From contig CAWGHO010000003.1 of the NCBI GenBank assembly GCA_963822445.1, positions 1,504,001 to 1,568,000 of the forward strand: a stretch of 64,000 bases of DNA. The letters run 5' to 3'. Below, in pieces: positions 42,646 to 52,119 of this stretch. The notes below the pieces were generated by a model. That model saw nothing but the letters and a program-made list of their open reading frames with translations, had not been told where the DNA came from and did no database searches. The DNA is from an uncultured Acidobacteriota bacterium. GTDB lineage: Bacteria; Acidobacteriota; Thermoanaerobaculia; Gp7-AA8. Both the position numbers and the translations under genes were made by a program. How positions within the stretch are numbered: the stretch's first letter is position 1; every line of letters begins with the position of its first letter.

Positions 42646-43341
42646 TTGGCCCCCCGGTTCGTCCTCTTCGTCGCAGCCTCCACCGTCCTGATGGCCGCGG
42701 TTCTCCTGCTCGACGGTCCGGGATTGCCGCGGCAGCTCACGCTCTCCGCGGCTACAGCCGGGTTTCTCTGGTTCTTCGTGCGCTACCTGCGCGTCGATAC
42801 GCGCCCGGTCCTCACCGCGATCGCCGTAGCCACCCTCGGCGAAGTCGTGCTCTCCCTCGGATGGGGCCTTTACTCCTACCAGCACGCGTTGATTCCACTG
42901 TACGTGCCGCCGGGGCATGGACTGTTCTACACACTGGCCGCGGTGAGCGCGCAGCAGGAGTGGTTTCGGCGGCGCGAATCGGTGATCACCCGCGGCGTGC
43001 TCGTGGCCGGAACGCTGATCGCCATCCTCAGCCTCGTCGCGTTCCGCGATACCTGGGGATTTCTCTGGTGGCTGGGCGCGCTCGCGCTGATCGCCCGGTC
43101 GCGCAATCAACTGCTGCTGTCGACCTGCTTCGTCTACACGATCCTGCTCGAATGGGCCGGGACGGCAAACGGCAACTGGCTGTGGGCCGCGGACGTCCCG
43201 TTCGTCGGATTGCGATCGGCGAATCCGCCGGCCGGCGTCGGCATCCTGTACATCCTGCTCGATCTGATCGTCGTGTCGCTCACATCTTTGCGCTGGCAGC
43301 CGCTCGCACCATCGGCGGTACGATCAGACGATGCCGGATGA
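42646..43341 (+). CDS. Hypothetical multi-pass membrane protein (start uncertain)
   Basis: About 7 TM segments; LYVPPGHG, GNW.W and SANPP motifs. Confidence 0.6.
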   Translation: MAPRFVLFVAASTVLMAAVLLLDGPGLPRQLTLSAATAGFLWFFVRYLRVDTRPVLTAIAVATLGEVVLSLGWGLYSYQHALIPLYVPPGHGLFYTLAAVSAQQEWFRRRESVITRGVLVAGTLIAILSLVAFRDTWGFLWWLGALALIARSRNQLLLSTCFVYTILLEWAGTANGNWLWAADVPFVGLRSANPPAGVGILYILLDLIVVSLTSLRWQPLAPSAVRSDDAG

Positions 43342-43588
43342 AGATCTCATCGACGCGCCGGAGGAGCTGGCCGAACCGGAAGAGCTGGTCTGTGCCTCGT
43401 GCGGCTCGGCGGACATTCAAAAGCGCCCGCGCGCGCTCTACTTCGTCGTCATCGCGGCGCTGGCCATCAGCGTAGGCTTTGCGTTCGGCGAGACGGAGGC
43501 AGCCTTTTACTTCGTGGCCGCGGCGGCGATCTTTTCGATGATCGCCGACAGGTGGGTGTGCGAGGAATGCGGGAAGTCGTGGAAGTAG
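43331..43588 (+). CDS. Small membrane protein with a split CxxC...CxxC zinc ribbon
   Basis: CASC, then two hydrophobic helices, then CEEC. Confidence 0.6.
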   Translation: MPDEDLIDAPEELAEPEELVCASCGSADIQKRPRALYFVVIAALAISVGFAFGETEAAFYFVAAAAIFSMIADRWVCEECGKSWK

Positions 43589-43589
43589 C

Positions 43590-43623
43590 GGTGTAGTGCA
43601 GGCCTCCCGGCCTGCACTACACC
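43590..43623. repeat. GTAG-type REP palindrome between convergent genes
   Basis: Perfect GGTGTAGTGCAGGCC-TCCC-GGCCTGCACTACACC; same family as 38014-38090. Confidence 0.8.
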
Positions 43624-43632
43624 TGGAAGCAG

Positions 43633-43959
43633 TCAGATCGACTTCGCGGACTCGATCATCAGCTCCTGGCCTTCGGCTTCGCCGCAGCTCACGAGCTTGC
43701 CCTTCACGCGGACGATCGCGCCGTCCTTGGCGAGGGACTTGCCGGTCACCTTCGACTCGCTACAGACGTCGTAGCTCTTGTCGCTGTCGGCGACTTTGAA
43801 GACGGCCTTGGACTGCTCGCCGTCCACCCAGACCACCTTGCCCGTCAGCTCGACCGACTTGGCCTTGGAGGCCTTCTTCATGTCGCAGTTTGCTCCGTCG
43901 CCGGCGTAGAGCGTGGCCGCGACGAATACGAGCGCGAGAACCAGAACGAGTTTCTTCAT
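43633..43959 (-). CDS. Small secreted OB-fold-like protein
   Basis: Signal peptide; LTGKV..VRVKGKL; AAAGGAG SD. Confidence 0.65.
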   Translation of the reverse strand: MKKLVLVLALVFVAATLYAGDGANCDMKKASKAKSVELTGKVVWVDGEQSKAVFKVADSDKSYDVCSESKVTGKSLAKDGAIVRVKGKLVSCGEAEGQELMIESAKSI

Positions 43960-44127
43960 GTGTGTTGCTCCTTTCGATTGCCGAATATAGGCATCGCCCC
44001 TGTTCGAGTCTTGTCAAAACGGCAAACGAGCAGAGACGGGACGTGCGGAGATTTGTTATTATGCGTCAACGCGGACGCGGGCTCGTCCCTCGCGCCGCGA
44101 TTCTGTCAGGTCCAAACGGTGTCCCGA

Positions 44128-44844
44128 ATGAAGCGAATGCTGCTGGCTCCCGCATTAGCCGTGTTGTTTGCCGTGCCCCTTCACGCCTCCTGCAAATCGG
44201 GAGCGTCCGAGCCGCTGTTGCGCTCTCTGCTGCGCCAGGCGCCCGGCCTCAAGGCGGAAGTCCTCACGCTGGCCCTCGACGCCACGGCCTGCGCCGCGGA
44301 AAAAGGCCTGGTGAAGCGCCAGGAGTTGCTCACCGTCATCGATTACTCCATTCCCTCCACCCAGCCGCGCCTGTGGGTGTTCAACGTCGCCGAAAAGAAG
44401 CTGCTGTTCAAGGAGCTCGTCGCGCACGGAAAGAACAGCGGCGGCAATCTTCCGAGCTTCTTCTCCAACAGCTCGGGCAGCCTGGCCACCAGCCTCGGCC
44501 TCTTCGTCACCGGCGGCACCTACGTCGGCAGCAACGGCTACTCGCTCCGCCTGAAAGGGCTCGAGGAAGGCGTGAACGACATGGCCTTCGACCGGGCCAT
44601 CGTGATGCACGGCGCCCCCTACGTCAGCCGCGAAGCCATCCGCGCCCTGGGCCGCCTCGGCCGGAGCTGGGGATGCCCGGCCGTGCGGAAAGAGATCGCC
44701 CGCAAGCTCATCGACACCGTCCGCGGCGGCAGCCCGATCTTCGCCTACTACCCGGACGACAACTGGTTGTCCTCGTCGGCATTCGTGCGGCACACTCGCC
44801 AGTCGCAACATGCCGCCGCAAATTCTCGGACTGCTTCCCGGTGA
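44128..44844 (+). CDS. Murein L,D-transpeptidase catalytic domain protein (YkuD_2-like)
   Basis: TVIDYSIPS, VAHGKNSG, SLRLKGLE and IVMHGA..GRSWGCPA motifs. Confidence 0.88.
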   Translation: MKRMLLAPALAVLFAVPLHASCKSGASEPLLRSLLRQAPGLKAEVLTLALDATACAAEKGLVKRQELLTVIDYSIPSTQPRLWVFNVAEKKLLFKELVAHGKNSGGNLPSFFSNSSGSLATSLGLFVTGGTYVGSNGYSLRLKGLEEGVNDMAFDRAIVMHGAPYVSREAIRALGRLGRSWGCPAVRKEIARKLIDTVRGGSPIFAYYPDDNWLSSSAFVRHTRQSQHAAANSRTASR

Positions 44845-45853
44845 CCTGGCGTCGCACCTCCGCGCGAATGGCGTAGCCGTTCGCGATGCGGAGGCGCGGC
44901 GCGTGATCGCGCATGCGATCGCGGCAGGGAAGGACGGCTATCCGACCTCGCGACCAGTGCCGCGCGCGCTGGAGATCGCGATCGACGCACTCATCGATCG
45001 GCGTCGTCTCGAGATCGTGGAGCGGGCGGAGGATCCGGGCGATGGCTTTGTCAAATACCTCTTTCGCCTTCACGACGGCGCGCTGGCGGAAGCGGTGCGC
45101 ATTCCGCTCGAAGTCGAGGGGCGCTTCACGGTTTGTCTCTCGAGCCAGGCCGGTTGCGCGATGGCCTGCGATTTCTGCGCGACCGGGCGGATGGGGCTGA
45201 CGCGCAGTCTCGAGCCGTGGGAGATCGTCGCGCAGTTCGTCGCCGTGCGCGATGAAGCGCCGGGCCGCGTGACCGGCGCGGTGTTTCAGGGACAGGGCGA
45301 GCCGCTGCACAACTACGCCGCGGTCATGCGCGCCGCGGAGATCCTGTGCGATCCCTGCGGCGGCCGGATCAGCGCGAAGGCGATCACCATTTCCACGGTC
45401 GGTCTCGTTCCGGCGATTCATCGGTACGCGAGTGAAGGACGTCCGTATCGCCTGATCGTGTCGCTGACGTCGGCGATCGACGAGCGGCGCCGCGCGCTCG
45501 TTCCCAAAGCCGCGGCCTGGCCGGTTCGCGAGCTCGCTGACGCCGTCCGCGCGTACCAGCGCGCCGCCGGCGGCAGGGTGACCATCGCCTGGGTCGTCCT
45601 CGGCGGCATCAACACGGGACGCGATGAAGTGGAAGCGCTGCGCGAGCTGTTCGACGGCGTGCCGCTCCGCTTGAACCTGATCGACGTCAACGACGCGCGG
45701 CCAGACGGCTACGCTCGCGCGAGCGACGAAGAGCTCGCGGCGTTTCGCGACGAGTTGCGGACGCTGGGGATTCCGGTGGTGCGGCGTTACTCGGGAGGTG
45801 CCGCGCGCCATGCCGCGTGTGGCATGCTCGCGGCGAACACGAATGCAGGGTAA
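44810..45853 (+). CDS. RlmN/Cfr-family radical SAM RNA methyltransferase-like protein
   Basis: CLSSQAGCAMACDFCATG, QGQGEP, ISTVG and a C-terminal AACG. Confidence 0.82.
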   Translation: MPPQILGLLPGDLASHLRANGVAVRDAEARRVIAHAIAAGKDGYPTSRPVPRALEIAIDALIDRRRLEIVERAEDPGDGFVKYLFRLHDGALAEAVRIPLEVEGRFTVCLSSQAGCAMACDFCATGRMGLTRSLEPWEIVAQFVAVRDEAPGRVTGAVFQGQGEPLHNYAAVMRAAEILCDPCGGRISAKAITISTVGLVPAIHRYASEGRPYRLIVSLTSAIDERRRALVPKAAAWPVRELADAVRAYQRAAGGRVTIAWVVLGGINTGRDEVEALRELFDGVPLRLNLIDVNDARPDGYARASDEELAAFRDELRTLGIPVVRRYSGGAARHAACGMLAANTNAG

Positions 45854-46025
45854 ACGGACAGCGATCATCCTCGGATTCATCGGCATCGCCGTGGAGATGA
45901 TCGCGGTGGTGCTGCTCGCGCAGAAGCGGATCCCGACGACGTACGGAACCCCGCTGATCATCGCCGGGATGTTGCTCGCGTTCGTGCCCTTGTTCCTGCT
46001 GACGAGGTCGAAGAGACGCCGGTAA
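45843..46025 (+). CDS. Small 2-TM membrane protein
   Basis: Two hydrophobic helices and a basic tail; overlaps the upstream stop. Confidence 0.5.
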   Translation: MQGKRTAIILGFIGIAVEMIAVVLLAQKRIPTTYGTPLIIAGMLLAFVPLFLLTRSKRRR

Positions 46026-46046
46026 CCTCCGTTACCATGATCGGCG

Positions 46047-46578
46047 ATGCCGCTGGAAAGCATCGGCGCTCGCGTGGCTCTGCCGCTGTGGGCGAAAGTC
46101 GCGGGCACACTCCTGGTCGGGGTCGGTGTCGGCCTCTTAGCGTTCATGCCCGGGCGCCGCGAGGTGCAGCTCATCGCCGTCGCGTGCGCCGTGGCGCTGG
46201 CGGTCGTCATCGCCTGGGTGCTCAGCAGATATCGCGAGTCCCCTTCTCACCTGTGACGTTCCCGTGCAACTCGGGGCGCAGTTGCGTGGGCACATCGAAG
46301 TCGGGCTACCGAGAATGCCGGACGCCGGATTTCGGATCGTGTTGCGTTGCGAAGAGATGAGCCCCAATCCCGATAGCGCGGCCGAAATCGTCTGGGAGGA
46401 CGAGGTTCTCGTCGATCCGTCGACGGTTTCCCGAGTCCGATCGGATCTCGTCATTCCGTTCACTTTCGAGATGCCTGACGCGGCGAAACCCACGAGCCAG
46501 GACGTGTGGTGGTCCGTCGAAATCACGACGCGTGGCTACGCCGCGCGGTTTTCGATCCCCGTGGTATGGCCAGGATAG
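46047..46578 (+). pseudogene. Membrane-anchored hypothetical protein split by a +1 frameshift in a C4 run (46240-43)
   Basis: Removing one C joins the 2-TM ORF 46047-46256 to ORF 46264-46578 (..RES|LLTCDVPVQLGAQLRG..YAARFSIPV). Confidence 0.55.
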
Positions 46579-47138
46579 TTCTCGTAAGACACGGCCGTTC
46601 CGGCCACCTTCACTCAGGCTGGATCAATCGCGAAGAGTTTCTCGGCTGGCGTGAAGCCTACGAATCCGCCGGCATTCATCAGGACGAAGTCCCGCCCCAC
46701 GACTTGAACGCCACAGCGGCGAAGAGCGGCGTCATCGCGGCCAGTACGGCTCCACGCGCGATCGAATCAGCAAGGCTGCTGGCACCCGGCAGGGACATCC
46801 GCACATCGCCGTTGCTTGCGGAACTGGAGCTGGCACCGCCTGCTCTTCCGATGCGAATGCCGCTGACGTCTTGGATGATCGCAATCGGCGTCCAGTGGGC
46901 TACGCGAGCGATCCTGCGCCGCGTTCATGTGTCGGAGCTCGAACTGCAGCGCTCGCGAGACGCCGCGAGATGGCTCGCCGATCTCGCTTCATCACACGAG
47001 AGCGTGCTCGCCGTGACCCATGGATCTCTCCGCTTGCTGCTCTCGAATCGCCTCGTCGAGCAAGGTTGGCGGCGGGAGTTACCCCGCCGCCGCCGCAACG
47101 GTCACTGGAGTGCGTGGCAATTCAAGGCATCTCCGTGA
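46566..47138 (+). CDS. Histidine phosphatase family protein
   Basis: LVRHG, RAIESA and VTHG motifs. Confidence 0.8.
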   Translation: MARIVLVRHGRSGHLHSGWINREEFLGWREAYESAGIHQDEVPPHDLNATAAKSGVIAASTAPRAIESARLLAPGRDIRTSPLLAELELAPPALPMRMPLTSWMIAIGVQWATRAILRRVHVSELELQRSRDAARWLADLASSHESVLAVTHGSLRLLLSNRLVEQGWRRELPRRRRNGHWSAWQFKASP

Positions 47139-48414
47139 CCGCGGGGACACTCTCGACCAAGCCAATCCGCTCGCGCCGCATCGGCAACGGCCCTCCGTAC
47201 GTCAGCCGACGCCACAGCCACTCCACCGGTCCGAAGCGGAATCGCTCCAGCCACCAGGGGCTGATCAGCATCTGGATGGCGAAGATCGCGACGGTCATCG
47301 GCAGCAGAACCGCCGGTCCGACGTCGCCGAGTAATTCGAGGCCGTAGCTGTAGAAGATGAGCGTTCCGATGATCGACTGCAGAAGGTAGTTCGTCAGGGC
47401 CGTGCGGCCGATCGCGGCGAACGCACGCAGCTTCGCGCGCACCGCCTGGCTCTGGCAGATGACGATGACGAAGCAGATGTAGCCGAGACTCAAAGCGGGC
47501 GTTGCGACCACTCCGATCATCATCACCGCGAACGCCGGGACCGTGGTCGGCATCATCGGCGGGTCGAAGATCCAGCGGAGCGCGGTCACGGCGACGTTGC
47601 CGGTCACGCCGATGGCCAGGCCCCACCACATCGCCGTGCGGTATTTCGGCAACGACTCCGGCGACGGATGGAACAGCCGTTTGCGCCAGGCCAGCATGCC
47701 GAGGAGGAACAGACCGACGACGTGCCATCCGAAGAAGGGGAGGTAATTCCAGTTGTGCGTGACGGCATCGGTGGCGCGTTGCTTCCCGAGCGCCGCGAAC
47801 GAGCCGTTTTCATAGATGTCCGCCTGCCTCGCGATCTCCGCCGCGGTCGGCTTCGGCATTTCCGGCATCTTTGCTCCGGCCTGCGCGCCGATGAACACGA
47901 GCGTCATGATCAGGGGGATGATCAGCAACCCGATCAAAGCCCAGATGGTCAGAGTCTTGTTCTGGCGCTTGCGGAACAGGAGCAGGACGAAGCCGGACAG
48001 CGCGTACACGAGCAGGATGTCGCCGAACCAGATCAGCAGGCCGTGAATGAGCCCGAACAGAACGAGGACGAATAATCGCCGCGAGTAAGTCCACCCGAAC
48101 TTGGCCCCGCGTTGTTCGGCGCGCTCGAACTGCACGGCGAAACCGACGCCGAAGAGGAAGGCGAAGATGGTGATGAACTTGCCCTGAATGAACGTGTCGA
48201 CGAAGGCCTGCGCCAGGCGATCGTGGAACGCGGACCAGAACCGGCTCGGCATCATGTAGACCAGGGCCGGACCTGCGAAGCCGCGGATGTTCGCCGCGAG
48301 AATGCCGAAGAGAGCCATGCCCCGCAGGATGTCGATCGTGTCGACCCGTTCGGACGTGGCGACAGGGCGGAGCGGCTCCGGCGGCGCCGGAGGCGGGGCA
48401 ACTTCGGTTGTCAT
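47122..48414 (-). CDS. DUF418/YeiB family membrane protein
   Basis: IDILRGMALFGI, GKF..F.FLFG, GDIL, GRTALTNYL.QS and GPVEWLWR motifs. Confidence 0.9.
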   Translation of the reverse strand: MTTEVAPPPAPPEPLRPVATSERVDTIDILRGMALFGILAANIRGFAGPALVYMMPSRFWSAFHDRLAQAFVDTFIQGKFITIFAFLFGVGFAVQFERAEQRGAKFGWTYSRRLFVLVLFGLIHGLLIWFGDILLVYALSGFVLLLFRKRQNKTLTIWALIGLLIIPLIMTLVFIGAQAGAKMPEMPKPTAAEIARQADIYENGSFAALGKQRATDAVTHNWNYLPFFGWHVVGLFLLGMLAWRKRLFHPSPESLPKYRTAMWWGLAIGVTGNVAVTALRWIFDPPMMPTTVPAFAVMMIGVVATPALSLGYICFVIVICQSQAVRAKLRAFAAIGRTALTNYLLQSIIGTLIFYSYGLELLGDVGPAVLLPMTVAIFAIQMLISPWWLERFRFGPVEWLWRRLTYGGPLPMRRERIGLVESVPAVTEMP

Positions 48415-48440
48415 GATGGCGTCCATTCTATGATTTACGG

Positions 48441-50609
48441 ATGCGTACATCGATCGGTTTCCTGGCGTTTCTTCTCGCGTCGTGTGCCGCCGCACCGCCC
48501 TCCCAGCCCGTCGCCGAGCCGGCAACGACCGTGGCCATGCCGGCGCCGCCGGCGGCGCGGACCGAGGTCGTCGTCGAGAACATCCACGGCATCGAAGTGC
48601 GCGATCCGTATCGCTGGATGGAGAAGGGCGGGCCGGAGATGGAAGCGTGGCTCGCGGCGCAAGGCAAGCATGCGCGAACGGTGTTGGACACGCTGCCCGC
48701 CCGCGCCGAGATGCTGAAGGCTGTCACCGCGGCGGACCTCGGCGTCACCCGCGTCTCGATCGTCGATGTCGTCGGCGACGGGCCGCGGATCTTCCTCATG
48801 AAGCGAAAGCCCGACCAGGACGTCGCGCAGTTGTGGGTCCGCGACGGATGGAACGGAACCGACCGCCTGCTCGTCGATCCGCGCAAGCGCGACCAGGGCG
48901 ACGTTCACCACTCCATCGATTACAGCTCGCCGTCGCAGGACGGCAAGCACATCGCGTACGGCATCTCCGCGAGCGGTTCCGAAGACAGCGTGATCGAGGT
49001 GATGGAAGTCGATTCCGGCCGCGTGCTCCCGGAACGGATCGATCGCGCGCAGTACGCCGGCATCTCCTGGCGTCCCGATCACCGCTCGTTCTTCTACTGG
49101 CGCCGCGCGAAGCCGGCACCCGGTGCGACGCGAGTGGACTGGTTCAAGAACAGCGCGACCTACCTCCACCGCCTCGGCGACGATCCCGAGAAAGCCGTTC
49201 CGGTCTTCGGACCGGCGATGCGCGAGCTCGGCATCTGCGAGGAGTGCTTCTCCTGGGTTCAGGTCTCGCCGACCTCACGATGGGTGCTCGCCGGCTCGAC
49301 GCCCGGAACCTCGGCGGATCTCGAATACTTCGTCGCGCCGCTCGATGCGGTTACGCCGGGAGTGCCCATTCCCTGGCGGCGCGTGACCGGGCCGAAAGAT
49401 CGCGTGTGGGGGATGACCGCGCATGGCGAGCGGCTGCTGGCGCTCACGTATGGCGATGCGCCGCGCTTCAAGATCGTGGAGATCGATCCGGCCGCGCCGA
49501 CGATTGCCGCGGCGCGCGAGTTCGTCCGCCATGACGACGATGTCCTGGATGGGTGGGCGGCGGCGCAGGACGGTGTCTACATCAGCTACAACGAGGGTGG
49601 CCGCTTCCGCCTCGAGCGCATGGGCTGGAACGGCACGCGCGAGACGATCGCGCTTCCGTACAACGGCACGATCTCCGGACTTTCCGCGTCACCCGACAAA
49701 CCGGGCGCGCGCTTCTATCTCGAGACCTGGACGCATCCGTTCCGCACGTTCGCCGTCGACGCGAACAGGCAGGTCCGCGACCTCGGACTGATGGAGCCCT
49801 GGCCCGTCGACTACTCGCATCTCACGTCCGAAGAAATCGAAGTGAAGAGCGCGGACGGTACTCTCGTGCCGCTGTCGATCGTGTACCGCAAGGATCAAGC
49901 GAAGGACGGCAGCGCGCCGGCGATTCTCGACGGATACGCGTCGTACGGCTCGGCGCAGACGCCCTACTTTTATCCGATGCGCCTGGCGTGGGTGGACAAG
50001 GGCGGTGTGGCCGCGGAGTGTCACGCGCGCGGCGGCGGTGCGCGCGGCAAGGAGTGGCACACGGCCGGGATCAAGCAGAACAAGGAGCGCGGCATCGAGG
50101 ACTTCATCGCCTGCGCGGAGTATCTGATCGCCAATCGCTTCACCAGCGCGTCGAAGCTCACCGGCACGGGAACGAGCTCCGGCGGCTTGCTCATCGGCGG
50201 CGCGATCACGCGGCGTCCGGATCTGTTCACCGCGGCGTTCCTGCGCGTGCCGGTCGCGAATCTGATGCGCTTCGAGTCGACGGAAGGCGGTCCGGCGAAC
50301 GTGCCGGAGTACGGCAGCGTTGCCAACGCCGAGGACGTGAAGTTCATCTTCGCGTCGGATCCGTATCACCGCATCAAGGACGGCGTGAAGTATCCGGCGC
50401 TGGTGGTCACGGGCGGCATGCACGACGTGCGGGTGCCGGTGTGGCTGCCCGCGAAATTCGCTGCGCGGATGCAAACCGCGACGACCGGCGGTCCGGTGCT
50501 GCTGCGCGTGGAAACCGGCGCGGGCCACGGACTGGGCTCGCGACGCTCGGCGGTTCGCGAGGAATGGGCGGACCTGTACGCGTTCGCGTTATGGCAAAGC
50601 GGAAAGTGA
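48441..50609 (+). CDS. Prolyl oligopeptidase (S9A) lipoprotein
   Basis: LASC lipobox; DPYRWME, GTSSGG, HDVRV and AGHG motifs. Confidence 0.92.
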   Translation: MRTSIGFLAFLLASCAAAPPSQPVAEPATTVAMPAPPAARTEVVVENIHGIEVRDPYRWMEKGGPEMEAWLAAQGKHARTVLDTLPARAEMLKAVTAADLGVTRVSIVDVVGDGPRIFLMKRKPDQDVAQLWVRDGWNGTDRLLVDPRKRDQGDVHHSIDYSSPSQDGKHIAYGISASGSEDSVIEVMEVDSGRVLPERIDRAQYAGISWRPDHRSFFYWRRAKPAPGATRVDWFKNSATYLHRLGDDPEKAVPVFGPAMRELGICEECFSWVQVSPTSRWVLAGSTPGTSADLEYFVAPLDAVTPGVPIPWRRVTGPKDRVWGMTAHGERLLALTYGDAPRFKIVEIDPAAPTIAAAREFVRHDDDVLDGWAAAQDGVYISYNEGGRFRLERMGWNGTRETIALPYNGTISGLSASPDKPGARFYLETWTHPFRTFAVDANRQVRDLGLMEPWPVDYSHLTSEEIEVKSADGTLVPLSIVYRKDQAKDGSAPAILDGYASYGSAQTPYFYPMRLAWVDKGGVAAECHARGGGARGKEWHTAGIKQNKERGIEDFIACAEYLIANRFTSASKLTGTGTSSGGLLIGGAITRRPDLFTAAFLRVPVANLMRFESTEGGPANVPEYGSVANAEDVKFIFASDPYHRIKDGVKYPALVVTGGMHDVRVPVWLPAKFAARMQTATTGGPVLLRVETGAGHGLGSRRSAVREEWADLYAFALWQSGK

Positions 50610-52040
50610 GGCGGAAGGCGCGGCGCTTTCGGCCGCGCTCAACCCTTTCAACGATGCTGCGCGATTGGGCATGCGCTCGAGCGAGATCCTGAACTGCTCG
50701 AGCGCTTCCTTCGGCTTGCCGGCGGCGAGAAGCATCTCGCCGTAGAGCTCGTGCGATGGCTTGAGCACGTCCGGCGGTCCTGACGGTGCGCCGAGCGTTT
50801 CTTCGACCGCGGTGGCGCGTTTCGCGAAATCGAGCGCCTCGGTGAGCTTTCCTTGTCTGCGCAGTTCCATCGCGCGCAACGTCAGCTCCATCGCTTCGAG
50901 CGTGCGCTTCTCGACGGGAAGCGTTGCGGACTCACGCGCGGCGACGAGACTCCCGATTGCAGCCTGCGCGGCCGCGGCGTCACCTCGCCGGATCGCGAGC
51001 AGGCCGTTCGCGTAGTGCACGGCTTTGCTGCTGTCGTAGCGGGGCGCGGCGCAATGCGCGGCTTCTTTCGCGTCGTATCCGGCGGTGGCGATGTTCAACG
51101 GCTCGCCGGTTTCCACGATCCATCTCGCCGTCATCCAGGCTCGCGTAGAGCGCTCGCGATCGCTGTTCGCGCCGTCCGCGGGAACTTCGGCCAGGAGCGC
51201 TTTTGCTTCGTCGCGGCGTCCCTGCTGGAGGTAGATGTACTGCAGCCACTGCAGGCTGTGCAGGTCGCGTTTCGCGGACGGCAGCTTGTCGCGCTCGACC
51301 CAGGCCTTCGACGCGGCGTACGAGGCCTCGTTCGAGGCCGCGGCCTCTTTCCACATGCCGAGCTGCAGAAAAATGTGCGACGGCATGTGCAGCGCGTGAT
51401 GCGCGGCCGGCGCAACGCGCGAATAGCGGTGCGCCGCGCGCAGACCAAGCGGCGCATGCAGCGGATCGTCGTACGCGTGAATGGTGTAGTGGAGGACGCC
51501 GGGATGTTCGGGATGCGTGGACGCGAGCGGCTGGAGGACTTCCGCCGCGCGGATCTGCTTCCGCATCGCATCCGGGTCGCGGTACATCGTGCCCATGATC
51601 GCCAGCGAGTGAAACGCCCTGACCTCGGCGTTGGCCGGATACTTTTCGACCATCGCCGCCAGCGCGCGCTCGTACGCCAGATCGCGCTCGCGCTTCGAGC
51701 CTTCGCCGTACAGAACATCCAGCGTTGCCCGCCAATCGCGTTCGAGCGGCGTCGCCGGCGCGGGCGCTTTCGCAAGAATGGCCAGTGCGGCCTCGCGATC
51801 CTGCTCCATCCAGATCGGATGGTTGTGAGTCATGGCCTCGCCCCAGTACGCCATCGCGAACTGCGGGTCGAGCTTCTGCGCGCGCTGGAACGACGCGGCC
51901 GCCTCTTCGTACCAGAAGCTGTGCAGCGCCGCGACGCCGCGCTCGAATTCAGCCTGGGCCTCGCGATTCTTCGTCGAGGTCGGAAAGGCAACGGTGCCGA
52001 GTTCGGCGGCGAGGATGAGCGCGATGGCGAGGATGTTCAT
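50589..52040 (-). CDS. Secreted TPR-repeat protein
   Basis: GVAALHSFWY, AMAYWGEAM, HPG.LHY.IH and HALHMPSHIF motifs; helical repeats. Confidence 0.8.
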   Translation of the reverse strand: MNILAIALILAAELGTVAFPTSTKNREAQAEFERGVAALHSFWYEEAAASFQRAQKLDPQFAMAYWGEAMTHNHPIWMEQDREAALAILAKAPAPATPLERDWRATLDVLYGEGSKRERDLAYERALAAMVEKYPANAEVRAFHSLAIMGTMYRDPDAMRKQIRAAEVLQPLASTHPEHPGVLHYTIHAYDDPLHAPLGLRAAHRYSRVAPAAHHALHMPSHIFLQLGMWKEAAASNEASYAASKAWVERDKLPSAKRDLHSLQWLQYIYLQQGRRDEAKALLAEVPADGANSDRERSTRAWMTARWIVETGEPLNIATAGYDAKEAAHCAAPRYDSSKAVHYANGLLAIRRGDAAAAQAAIGSLVAARESATLPVEKRTLEAMELTLRAMELRRQGKLTEALDFAKRATAVEETLGAPSGPPDVLKPSHELYGEMLLAAGKPKEALEQFRISLERMPNRAASLKGLSAAESAAPSASLSALP

Positions 52041-52099
52041 GCTGTCACCGGTAAGCCACCGACCGAGGCAACGATGGCCAGGATGCCGAGTTTTCGCAT
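52037..52099 (-). CDS. 20-aa hydrophobic mini-ORF MRKLGILAIVASVGGLPVTA
   Basis: TAGACT 6 nt upstream of its ATG; its stop overlaps the TPR gene start (ATGA). Confidence 0.4.
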   Translation of the reverse strand: MRKLGILAIVASVGGLPVTA

Positions 52100-52119
52100 C
52101 GGAAGAGTCTAGAGCAGGT

